From the IMG/VR virus record IMGVR_UViG_2974513674_000001, positions 48,226 through 112,225 of that record: a DNA stretch of 64,000 bases; one strand, given 5' to 3'. The position numbers were made by a program, and so were the translations under genes. The notes below the pieces were generated by a model. It saw only the letters and a program-made list of their open reading frames with translations, was not told the DNA's origin and did not search any database. Within the stretch, counting starts at the first letter, position 1. Every line of letters begins with the position of its first letter. Origin of the DNA: a virus (Duplodnaviria > Caudoviricetes). This document shows, in pieces, positions 52,012 to 59,640 of the stretch.

Positions 52012-52387
52012 ATGGTCAAGTCCAGATTCAGCAAGAACCGAAACCTCGAAACCCGTACAGGTCTGTGGCGCAAGAAAATCAGGTATCTCAAGCAATGGCG
52101 AGAAGCTCAGAAGAATTTCAGGATCAAGCAGAACCAGAAGACAAACCCTCAGTACGGAATCTGGTAGAGAAACCCGGAGAGACGTACCAGAGCATAGGCA
52201 CACACCCATAGAGATACACAGAGGGGAGAGCACCATAGAGACATAACCCCATAAGAGAAACCCGGAGAGAGGTGTAGAGAGTCAGAGACACCTAACCGTA
52301 AGGACACAGTGTAAGAAGAACCGTGTTGTGTGTAATCGGCTCATCGTCTCTATAGCCAGCCCAGAATTATTCTTACACCGCAGGAAC

Positions 52388-52468
52388 GACGGTCCATAGG
52401 TTCCAGGCACACGCACATGAGGAAAGGACGGTCCACCAAATCCAGGCACACAGGTCATACGTGAGAAC
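52388..52468 (+). repeat. ACGGTCCA-N5/6-CAGGCACAC...TGAG repeat, copies 1-2
   Basis: two tandem copies here and two at 54576-54652. Confidence 0.75.
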
Positions 52469-52743
52469 CGCTCTGGGAGAGCAGGCAGTGGAAGCCACCC
52501 GGAAGCCGAAAGACCTACAAGATCAGCCTGCTCATTCGCTGTAGAATCGCACTCACAGCAAGAGACAAACGAAGTACAGCACAGACGCAGCGGGAAGCGC
52601 TCTGAGAGCTTCACAGAGCGACGAACGAGCTACAGAGCAGCAGAGACGCGCAGAACATCAAACAAGCGTCACAGCAGCTACAGAATTCAGCCAGGTCAGG
52701 GCGCAAATACTGACCCTCTCGTCAGCCCGCTTGAGGGCTGTTG

Positions 52744-52784
52744 GAACCTCTAGAAGTCTCTCCTTCTTCTAGAGGTTCATTTTT
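52744..52784 (+). terminator. hairpin / possible terminator
   Basis: GAACCTCTAGAAG...CTTCTAGAGGTTC followed by ATTTTT. Confidence 0.55.
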
Positions 52785-52810
52785 ATCAGAAAGGCTGGCG
52801 CCCCAAGGGA

Positions 52811-53160
52811 GCCGCGGTCAGAACCAAGCCGCGGGCACCACTAGAGCCGCGGTGTCTCTTCTCTCCTATCAGCCGCGGTAAGCCGTCTCTCCCCTCTCTA
52901 TGGTCAACCAAGGCTCGGACCCCAACAGTGCCGCGGCAAACCTTGAACTGGAGAACCACGGCTTAATCCGGTGTCCCAGAAATTCCCTATAGGCGCCGAT
53001 ATAGAGACAGGCTGGCTTTGTACCTAGGCTGTGAGACCACGGCGCACCTCACCAGGGTACGGGGAGCCGTGGCGTCCCTTCACAGCCTGATGGTGTACCG
53101 CGGCGGGCTTGGGGCCTGGCCCTCCCAGAAGGCAACCACGGCACTGCTGTGGCCGCGGCT
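52811..53160. repeat. CCRYGG (mostly CCGCGG) cluster around a 34-bp core element
   Basis: about 11 CCRYGG hexamers; core 52979-53012 is 30/34 identical to 55164-55197. Confidence 0.75.
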
Positions 53161-53259
53161 TCAGTGTGGCTTGCAAGCGTTTACCTGCACATGCCATTTG
53201 CAAGCGTTTATTATGTATGCAGATCGAAGCACACGACTTCGGCAATACGAGAGCAAGAC

Positions 53260-53556
53260 ATGAACAAGATTGATCAAGCCGCAGTTGAGCTGCGCGACTT
53301 CACCTATTCACAGCACAGCAGCAAGGTGCTGTTGCAAGCGGCAAGCGGTGATGACCTCTATGTGGTCGTAGAGACTGAAGCCGGGTTTGAGTACGCCAAG
53401 TTTCTCTTCGGTGGTTCTCAGACTGGGAAAGTCGAGCTGATCACCGACACTCACTCCGCCAGTGAACGCAAGACGTTCAGCTCCCGGGGTGTAGCGTGCG
53501 TCTACATGGCTGAGAAGCTGCTTGAAGAAGAAACCGGCTACGCACAGGGAGAGTGA
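53260..53556 (+). CDS. hypothetical protein
   Basis: promoter at 53184-53214. Confidence 0.62.
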   Translation: MNKIDQAAVELRDFTYSQHSSKVLLQAASGDDLYVVVETEAGFEYAKFLFGGSQTGKVELITDTHSASERKTFSSRGVACVYMAEKLLEEETGYAQGE

Positions 53557-53819
53557 CCGTGAACAAGCAAGAACTGACCGCGTACCTCGATCAGCAGAAA
53601 TCCCGATTCATCGAAGTCTACGGGGGAGAGATAGTCACCCATGCTCCCAAAGCTCCCGTAGAGCACCAGCGCAAGAGTTTTGCAAGACAGCTTGAGACCC
53701 GGAAGAAGCCTGCCCACCTCAAGCAAGAAGAGTGGGAGAAGTACCTCTCTGAAGTCGCAAGCGGGACATACAAGCCGCAAGAGTACGAAGTCGACCTCTA
53801 CGACTACACCGGTTTGTAA
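53553..53819 (+). CDS. hypothetical protein
   Basis: GGGAG RBS; coupled; terminator follows. Confidence 0.6.
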   Translation: MTVNKQELTAYLDQQKSRFIEVYGGEIVTHAPKAPVEHQRKSFARQLETRKKPAHLKQEEWEKYLSEVASGTYKPQEYEVDLYDYTGL

Positions 53820-53964
53820 GCAGCAAGAAGCCACCTTTGCCCGGAGGGTGGCTTCGCCACAGAAGCGCCGCGGCGGATTCCTGGCTGCCGACACATACCT
53901 ATAGCAAGCGTTTACTATGATCTCACTGAAGCGAACGACTTCAGACCACTGAGAGATAGTCACC

Positions 53965-54312
53965 ATGAAAAACCTCGCAATACTGCTCCGTGAAATGCAC
54001 GCACACGAAGATGGGATGACCCTTGAGCAGTACCTGGGTCACTTCACCAGAGTCTTCAAAGAGCAGGGACTGTTCAAGCTCGAAAGCTGTGAGGGAGATA
54101 CCGGGTTCCTTCTGCGCAGCGATGACGGGACTTATCACGTCTGGTTTATGGGAACCACCACCTCTCCCCGCTATGAGGGTGAGCGTTATCACGTCACAGA
54201 GACCACTACCTGGGCTCCCGAGAAGCTCAGTGAAGCCATGAACGCCCTCATGATGCAGATGCAGATCGACTGTGAGGGATTGATCGAACGCAACGGGGAG
54301 AAATACCAATGA
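53965..54312 (+). CDS. hypothetical protein
   Basis: promoter at 53888-53918. Confidence 0.62.
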   Translation: MKNLAILLREMHAHEDGMTLEQYLGHFTRVFKEQGLFKLESCEGDTGFLLRSDDGTYHVWFMGTTTSPRYEGERYHVTETTTWAPEKLSEAMNALMMQMQIDCEGLIERNGEKYQ

Positions 54313-54527
54313 TCACCACAGCAGCCCTGAGCAAGACCGTGTTCCTCGTTGTGCTCGCTTGTAGCGGTGATCCCCGTGAGGGTAAGTGCGGGGACAGCTT
54401 CGATGCAGAAAGCTGGACAGGTCCACAAGCGAAGCAAGAGTGTGAGACCTTCTTGCGGGAAGAGTTCGACCCCAGCAACTACCTCACCCTGGTAGACGAC
54501 GAGTACGCCGCAGTCAGATGTGAGTAA
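54309..54527 (+). CDS. small exported Cys-rich protein (possible lipoprotein)
   Basis: hydrophobic stretch ending VLAC. Confidence 0.5.
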   Translation: MITTAALSKTVFLVVLACSGDPREGKCGDSFDAESWTGPQAKQECETFLREEFDPSNYLTLVDDEYAAVRCE

Positions 54528-54575
54528 GAGGGAACCCGGTGATCCGGGTGCTCCCACACAGAACCTCGCCGCGGC

Positions 54576-54652
54576 ACGGTCCATGTAAATCAGGCACACA
54601 GGCACGCATACGTGAGAACGACGGTCCACCAACTTCCGGCCACACGCATGAG
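54576..54652 (+). repeat. ACGGTCCA...CAGGCACAC repeat, copies 3-4
   Basis: homologous to 52388-52468. Confidence 0.72.
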
Positions 54653-54803
54653 AGGCCCTACAAGGCTCTCTAAGGGCTTCCAAGGGCTTTAGGAGCGTCG
54701 TTGTAGCCGTGGGAGTAGCAAACGCCGTGTAGAGCCTTCTAGAGAGCTGTAGAATGCACTTACAGACAGCGCATCGACTGTCTGACTATCGAGAGCACAT
54801 GAA

Positions 54804-55106
54804 ATGTCCCAGACTCCCAAACAAGAAGCCCTTTTCAAACGCGCACTATCGTTCACCGAGAGTGAGCAGTTTGACGGCTACCCTCATCTGTCTGATACCG
54901 ACAACACGCTGATCATCGAAGCCGCTCAAGAAGCGAACAGCCCGGATACTGCTCAGTTTCTCGCCTTTGCTTTGAGCGAAGCAACATCGACCAAAGAAGA
55001 AGCGGCGAACGCCAAGCGCTACTTCGATGCCTATATTGACAATGTCTGGGTCGCTAACGTTTCTGAGAGTGGCAACCCGCTGTTTGATGTTGAAGACGAA
55101 GCGTAA
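54804..55106 (+). CDS. acidic hypothetical protein
   Basis: promoter CC(54725)-N8-CC(54735)-N13-TAGAAT(54750); terminator at 55112-55137. Confidence 0.65.
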   Translation: MSQTPKQEALFKRALSFTESEQFDGYPHLSDTDNTLIIEAAQEANSPDTAQFLAFALSEATSTKEEAANAKRYFDAYIDNVWVANVSESGNPLFDVEDEA

Positions 55107-55149
55107 CCAGAACCCGGGCTAACTACCCGGGCTTCTTGAGAGCTATAGA

Positions 55150-55328
55150 GCCGCGGTGCTCTGGAAATTCCCTATATGGCCCGATATAGGGACAGGCGGC
55201 CCTTGGTAGAGCGGAAATGAGTCACCGCGGCGCTAATACGGGAGCGGGCCGGCGAGCCACGGCAAAAGCCGCGGCGCTGTTCCCAGGCTGCGGGTTCGGT
55301 GGTGTGGTTTCTGAGGTGGGCCGCGGCG
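55150..55328. repeat. second CCRYGG cluster with core element
   Basis: 5 CCRYGG hexamers; core at 55164-55197. Confidence 0.72.
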
Positions 55329-55427
55329 AGTGCCGGGCTGGGGCTCTGGGAGCTGGTTTTCAGCTCTGGGGCTTTTCTGCTTTCTTGTGATCAGTATAAA
55401 CGCTTGCACAGGCTTTGCAAGCGTTTT

Positions 55428-55619
55428 TTAGACTTTCCCGAAAAACTTTTTGAAAGCCAGTTTCCGAGCTTCCCACTTTTCTGCCTTGAGTCGATCCTGC
55501 TCCACAAGCTCGTCCCAGCGATAGTACGTTTTGACTCCCAGAACGTCCCGTTTGAATTCGCTCCAAGCCCAGCCCAAGAAGACGAAAACACATACTACTG
55601 CGAAAATCATGCTCATCAT
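55428..55619 (-). CDS. small membrane-anchored protein
   Basis: AAGGA RBS; hydrophobic N-terminus; sigma70 promoter TTGCAA-17-GATAAT on the minus strand (about 55653-55681). Confidence 0.6.
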   Translation of the reverse strand: MMSMIFAVVCVFVFLGWAWSEFKRDVLGVKTYYRWDELVEQDRLKAEKWEARKLAFKKFFGKV

Positions 55620-55738
55620 GTCCTTGCTTCCTTATTGTGTGTGCGTGCGATGATTATCGAATATTCGCTTGCTCATTGCAAGCATTATTTCGATATAAGC
55701 ATTATTCTTTTCCGATCTAAGAAAAATCGAAAATTCGC

Positions 55739-55766
55739 TTGCACACGTCTCGAATTCGCGTAGAAT
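55739..55766 (+). promoter_or_regulatory. canonical sigma70 promoter with A-rich UP element
   Basis: TTGCAC-16-TAGAAT, preceded by GAAAAATCGAAAATT. Confidence 0.75.
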
Positions 55767-55842
55767 TCAAATTGTCGAAACGCACAGCGCTAGACGAACT
55801 TAAACGAAGCGCAAAACGCGCTCATTAAACGAGAGAACTAAA

Positions 55843-56397
55843 ATGACTACTATCAACGCTAAAGCAGAATCTTTCAAAAACGTTTTTGCTACTGCTGCTG
55901 TTAACTACGCTCAAACTAAAGAGCAAGCGCAGCAAAACGCAGAACAAGCGCAGTCTGAAGAAGAGCGCGAAACTTTCGCTGCTGCTGCTAAGAAAGCTGA
56001 CACACACGCTCGCTACACTGAAGCGCTGTCGAACATGAGCGAAAAAGCGCTTGCAAGTCTGAGCAAGTACAAAGTTAACGCTGAAGCGCTTGCAGAACAA
56101 TCGCGTGAACTGAAAAAACGCTCTATCGCGATTCTTGAAGCGCTCGCAACAAAACAGCGTGTGAATGATCGCGCACTTGACGCAGTATTGCAGTACATCG
56201 TTAAAAACGATGCTGCTGCAATGAATCTTGAGCAAGTGCGTCATCAAATGCAGCATGATACTTTGACTCAAGCGCAATACTTCAAAACTTGCGCAATCTT
56301 CTTCAACTTCGCGCAATACTCGAAGTCTGAAAAGACTATCAGCTTCAATAAAGACGCAATCGTTCTTAAAGAGCTGATCGCAATCTACAGCGCTTAA
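55843..56397 (+). CDS. 184-aa helical protein with no Gly, Pro or Trp (candidate immediate-early regulator)
   Basis: own sigma70 promoter, GAGAG RBS and terminator; whole unit has no CC/GG. Confidence 0.85.
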   Translation: MTTINAKAESFKNVFATAAVNYAQTKEQAQQNAEQAQSEEERETFAAAAKKADTHARYTEALSNMSEKALASLSKYKVNAEALAEQSRELKKRSIAILEALATKQRVNDRALDAVLQYIVKNDAAAMNLEQVRHQMQHDTLTQAQYFKTCAIFFNFAQYSKSEKTISFNKDAIVLKELIAIYSA

Positions 56398-56406
56398 TCA
56401 ACACAC

Positions 56407-56440
56407 AAGCGCTACAGCACACGCTGTAGCGCTTTTCTCT
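56407..56440 (+). terminator. intrinsic terminator built without CC/GG
   Basis: AAGCGCTACAGC-acac-GCTGTAGCGCTT followed by TTCTCT. Confidence 0.8.
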
Positions 56441-56464
56441 CAGTCTAGCAGTCGAGCTATCAAT

Positions 56465-56788
56465 ATGAGTCATTCGCACGCTGTACGCGCTCACAGACAC
56501 GCTCTCACAGTAGATACACGCATGTACGCTACATGCGCACGCAATGCGCTGTATGAGCTGCGCTATGTGAAGCGCTCACAGCGCTACTATCTGCATGTAG
56601 CTAACAGCGTGAGCGTGATTGTAGACGCTGCTACAGCAAGCGCTGTATACGCTGCTATGATGCGTCATGTAGTGCGCACTACAGCTAAAGACAAGCGCGC
56701 TACTAGTGCGCGCACTAGTGTATATACAATGCGCAGTGATATACGTGCGCTGTTACTTGCTGAAAATATGAGCAAGTATGCGCACTAA
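56465..56788 (+). CDS. possible basic protein (also no Gly, Pro or Trp)
   Basis: 107-aa ORF with weak RBS; may be non-coding. Confidence 0.35.
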   Translation: MSHSHAVRAHRHALTVDTRMYATCARNALYELRYVKRSQRYYLHVANSVSVIVDAATASAVYAAMMRHVVRTTAKDKRATSARTSVYTMRSDIRALLLAENMSKYAH

Positions 56789-56798
56789 GTCACATTGA

Positions 56799-56827
56799 AC
56801 TAGTGCAACTTAGTTAGTTGCACTAGT
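56799..56827. repeat. perfect 12-bp inverted repeat
   Basis: ACTAGTGCAACT-tagtt-AGTTGCACTAGT; related palindrome ACTAGTGCGCGCACTAGT at 56702-56719. Confidence 0.8.
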
Positions 56828-56902
56828 CTAGTTGTCAAAGTCTTAGAAGGGATTTTTAAAGTCGCGCCCTATTGGCGCCAATGTGCCGGACCCCACAGAA
56901 GT

Positions 56903-56995
56903 CCCCTTACACAACCAGGGGCCGGAGTTAAACCACTAACCCCTTACACAACCACCCCGGAGACACCAAAAATGACAGAACCCCTTACACAACCA
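56903..56995 (+). repeat. three perfect 15-bp direct repeats CCCCTTACACAACCA
   Basis: copies at 56903, 56940 and 56981. Confidence 0.85.
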
Positions 56996-57436
56996 GCCCC
57001 TGAGCAAGAAGTCCCCAGGCTCCAAGTCCCCGAGCCACGTAACTGGCTTGACCGCTTATGGAACAGGTGCGGTTTCCTCACTGCCGAGCAACGCCTGGCA
57101 GTACACCGAGACGCAGACGCCAGGTTACACGCTGCCCGGCTCCGCCGGCTCGAAGAGAATGGCGGGCTCGACCCCCATGACTCTGACGACTACATGCAAA
57201 TCCAGATCAACCGTCACTACGCCCAGGAGGAAGCCAAGCGTCGTAGCCGCACGATCAGAGACCTCTCACGCCTTATCCTGATCGCCCAGCTACCGACCCA
57301 CGATAAGCACCAGTTGCATCACCCCGACGACGTGAAGCTCGCCGTTGAGCAAGCCACGCGAATCTACGACATGACCAAGAACGCTCGCATTGAGCCGTTA
57401 CCTGGCGCACGTCAAGTCCCTAACGACCCGGAGTGA
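56972..57436 (+). CDS. hypothetical protein
   Basis: GGAG RBS. Confidence 0.6.
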   Translation: MTEPLTQPAPEQEVPRLQVPEPRNWLDRLWNRCGFLTAEQRLAVHRDADARLHAARLRRLEENGGLDPHDSDDYMQIQINRHYAQEEAKRRSRTIRDLSRLILIAQLPTHDKHQLHHPDDVKLAVEQATRIYDMTKNARIEPLPGARQVPNDPE

Positions 57437-57440
57437 CCTC

Positions 57441-57596
57441 ATGAAAGTCCCACTGTGGTTTGAAATGCTCTGCACCGAGCGGTACAAGAAGCGCCAGAAG
57501 AAGGTGCTCGACGAGACGGCTGAGCTGATTGCCAATCGGAAGGGTGAGCTGCCCCAGGCCAAGCACATCAGCCGGGTGAAGAAGCGGAAGCGGTGA
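57441..57596 (+). CDS. small basic protein
   Basis: GGAG RBS; terminator at 57614-57642. Confidence 0.5.
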   Translation: MKVPLWFEMLCTERYKKRQKKVLDETAELIANRKGELPQAKHISRVKKRKR

Positions 57597-57718
57597 AGTC
57601 CATGAAGCACCACAAGCCCAGGGCAACCACCTGGGCTTTTTCATGGGTGCCGACACATGCCTTTTGCAAGCGTTTACACTTACAACATCAAAAAGCAGTC
57701 AAGACAGAGCGAGAGACG

Positions 57719-58078
57719 ATGAACGTGGGAGACATCTGGGGCGCTACGAACCGCCCCAAACAGCAACAGGTGGTAGAGCTGGAGCCCATGTCGGTAAAAG
57801 AATGTGCCCTGCTGATACACCACAAACTGGTGAGTATGCAGGACCAGTTCAACACCGACGAGGTGGAGCTTGACCACGTCAGGCTGCGCGAGACCACCGG
57901 GATGACAATCGGTTCTTGGAAGGCCATCGTGAATCTGGACATCGAATACTTCGAGAACCGTCCCTTGAACCAGAAGCGACTCAAGCTGGTAGCGTCGGCG
58001 ATTCTCGAACTGACCAACCAGGATTGGCTGAATCTGGTGATCAGCAACCAACGCATGAAAGGCGTAGACGCTCTATGA
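57719..58078 (+). CDS. hypothetical protein (N-terminal DIWGAT)
   Basis: promoter at 57650-57680. Confidence 0.62.
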   Translation: MNVGDIWGATNRPKQQQVVELEPMSVKECALLIHHKLVSMQDQFNTDEVELDHVRLRETTGMTIGSWKAIVNLDIEYFENRPLNQKRLKLVASAILELTNQDWLNLVISNQRMKGVDAL

Positions 58079-58416
58079 AACCGTCTGACATCTGGGGTGC
58101 GACAGATCACACCTGGGCTTTGCCAGAGCCGGAAGTTACTCTGGACGGGATTGATTGCAGCCATATGACCGCAGAAGAGGCTTTCAAGGCGGGCATGGAC
58201 GCTGGCAAGAGGTCAATCGTCAAAGAGTTCGACGATTATTTCACCGACCCCAAGCGGGGCGCGAAGCTCAGCACGGCGCAGATACGCGAGTGTCTGGGTT
58301 GCACAGCCAAAGAGCTTGACGCTCTGGTTGTAGACGACCTGGACTTCTTTGGGATGGACCGTCTGCCGCAGATGTATCAGACGTTTCGCCGACACACAGC
58401 AATAGTGGACAGATGA
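58075..58416 (+). CDS. hypothetical protein (N-terminal DIWGAT)
   Basis: ATGA coupling. Confidence 0.62.
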   Translation: MKPSDIWGATDHTWALPEPEVTLDGIDCSHMTAEEAFKAGMDAGKRSIVKEFDDYFTDPKRGAKLSTAQIRECLGCTAKELDALVVDDLDFFGMDRLPQMYQTFRRHTAIVDR

Positions 58417-58661
58417 TGAAAGGCAACGAGGAAATAGGCAACACGATAGCGGCGACCCTGAGTAACCAGGCGCTGCTGGACAAGATGGTCGACTTTGAGC
58501 TGGACGCGATCAAGACAGGGGCGGCGCTGATGACCGACTGCTATCGCGATCCAGACGACGAGACCAAGTGGCGTAACAAGAAGATGCACGCGCTGTTCAG
58601 ACTTTGGCAGGCCGGTGCCCGGTATGGCCAAGACAAACTGCAAACCACAAAAGGGAAGTGA
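58413..58661 (+). CDS. hypothetical protein
   Basis: coupled to upstream gene. Confidence 0.58.
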   Translation: MMKGNEEIGNTIAATLSNQALLDKMVDFELDAIKTGAALMTDCYRDPDDETKWRNKKMHALFRLWQAGARYGQDKLQTTKGK

Positions 58662-58664
58662 CCC

Positions 58665-58880
58665 ATGAACCAACAAGAGAACGCACGCCGGCTGCAAGCG
58701 CTGTTTGAGCACTGCGCCAGGAACGTGATCAAGAGCACGCCGCTGCCGGCGAACTTCGACCGCAACGAAGACGGCACCTTCAAGTCGCCCATCACTGAAG
58801 ACCTCTACGCCTTGTGGCTGTCGGGTCATGGCCAGGGCGTTGCAGACCACGCAGTAGCACGCGGAGACGTTGAGCTATGA
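58665..58880 (+). CDS. hypothetical protein
   Basis: packed operon. Confidence 0.58.
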   Translation: MNQQENARRLQALFEHCARNVIKSTPLPANFDRNEDGTFKSPITEDLYALWLSGHGQGVADHAVARGDVEL

Positions 58881-59152
58881 GACTGTCGGAACTGAAAGCT
58901 CTGGTCGACAAGGCCAGCGAGCGAATGGCCAAGCACCGCGAAGACCCGGAAGTCGCAATGTACTTCCTGGAGAACGGCCCAGGCGAGCAGCGTCACCACA
59001 TTCTCCACGTCGAGCTGGCTGACCTGAACAGCGTGAGCAACATCGAAGCCAATTCGATGGACCTGATGTGCAGTCATGAGCTGACGATGGACATCCCCAT
59101 GCGCACCATGTTCGTTCTGACCGACGACGCTGACGCGGAGATTTTCAACTGA
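58877..59152 (+). CDS. hypothetical protein
   Basis: GGAG RBS; ATGA coupling. Confidence 0.6.
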   Translation: MRLSELKALVDKASERMAKHREDPEVAMYFLENGPGEQRHHILHVELADLNSVSNIEANSMDLMCSHELTMDIPMRTMFVLTDDADAEIFN

Positions 59153-59640
59153 TGGTACAAATCATGATTCCGCCCCTGGGCACCGTTATCAAACTGACCG
59201 AAGACTGGCATTTCAGCCTGTACGACGAGAGCCGCAACGAGAAGCTCCAGAAACAGTGCGGTCTTCTGCCGCCATTCCGTGACGGCGAGGGTCTGTATGA
59301 ATGGCGTCGTTTGAGCCTGGCTGAGCGCCGGAAGCGAATCGACGAATCTGTCTGGACGCATGTGCCCTACGGTCATTCAACCGACCTCTGGGGCGGTGAG
59401 TGGCATACCCCGTTCGTGTTGCGCGCCGAAACCAGGCTGAAGATCGACCGCATCTACATTCGCCAGGGTCAGGGTGACTTCGACAGCGTGACCTTCCGAA
59501 GCGACTGCTGGATGTCGAATCTGGGCGATCCCCTGTTCACCAAGAAGTACGTCAACGGCCGCAAGGTGCCTAGCATTCGTTTTTGGGCTAAGCTGGCCGA
59601 CGTCAACAGAATCGAAGGGGTATTTGTGAATGACCGATGA
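59152..59640 (+). CDS. hypothetical protein
   Basis: IDRIYIRQG..DFDSVTF...RFWAKL. Confidence 0.65.
   Translation: MVQIMIPPLGTVIKLTEDWHFSLYDESRNEKLQKQCGLLPPFRDGEGLYEWRRLSLAERRKRIDESVWTHVPYGHSTDLWGGEWHTPFVLRAETRLKIDRIYIRQGQGDFDSVTFRSDCWMSNLGDPLFTKKYVNGRKVPSIRFWAKLADVNRIEGVFVNDR

Noticed and set aside
51955-52614. Minus-strand ORFs 51955-52236 and 52282-52614
   Set aside because: Their Leu/Ser/Cys/Phe-rich composition reflects the purine skew; there is no RBS and they overlap repeats.
56799-56827. Protelomerase target site (telRL)
   Set aside because: The inverted repeat is short, has a non-palindromic centre, and no protelomerase gene is in the window.
55713-56849. Island explained by low GC, horizontal transfer or general restriction-site avoidance
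   Set aside because: C and G remain frequent as CG and GC, palindromic sites persist, and the same avoidance appears at promoters and in patches across the window.
56903-56995. Possible mini CRISPR array
   Set aside because: The repeats are only 15 bp, there are three copies with 22 and 26 nt spacers, one lies inside a CDS, and no cas genes are present.
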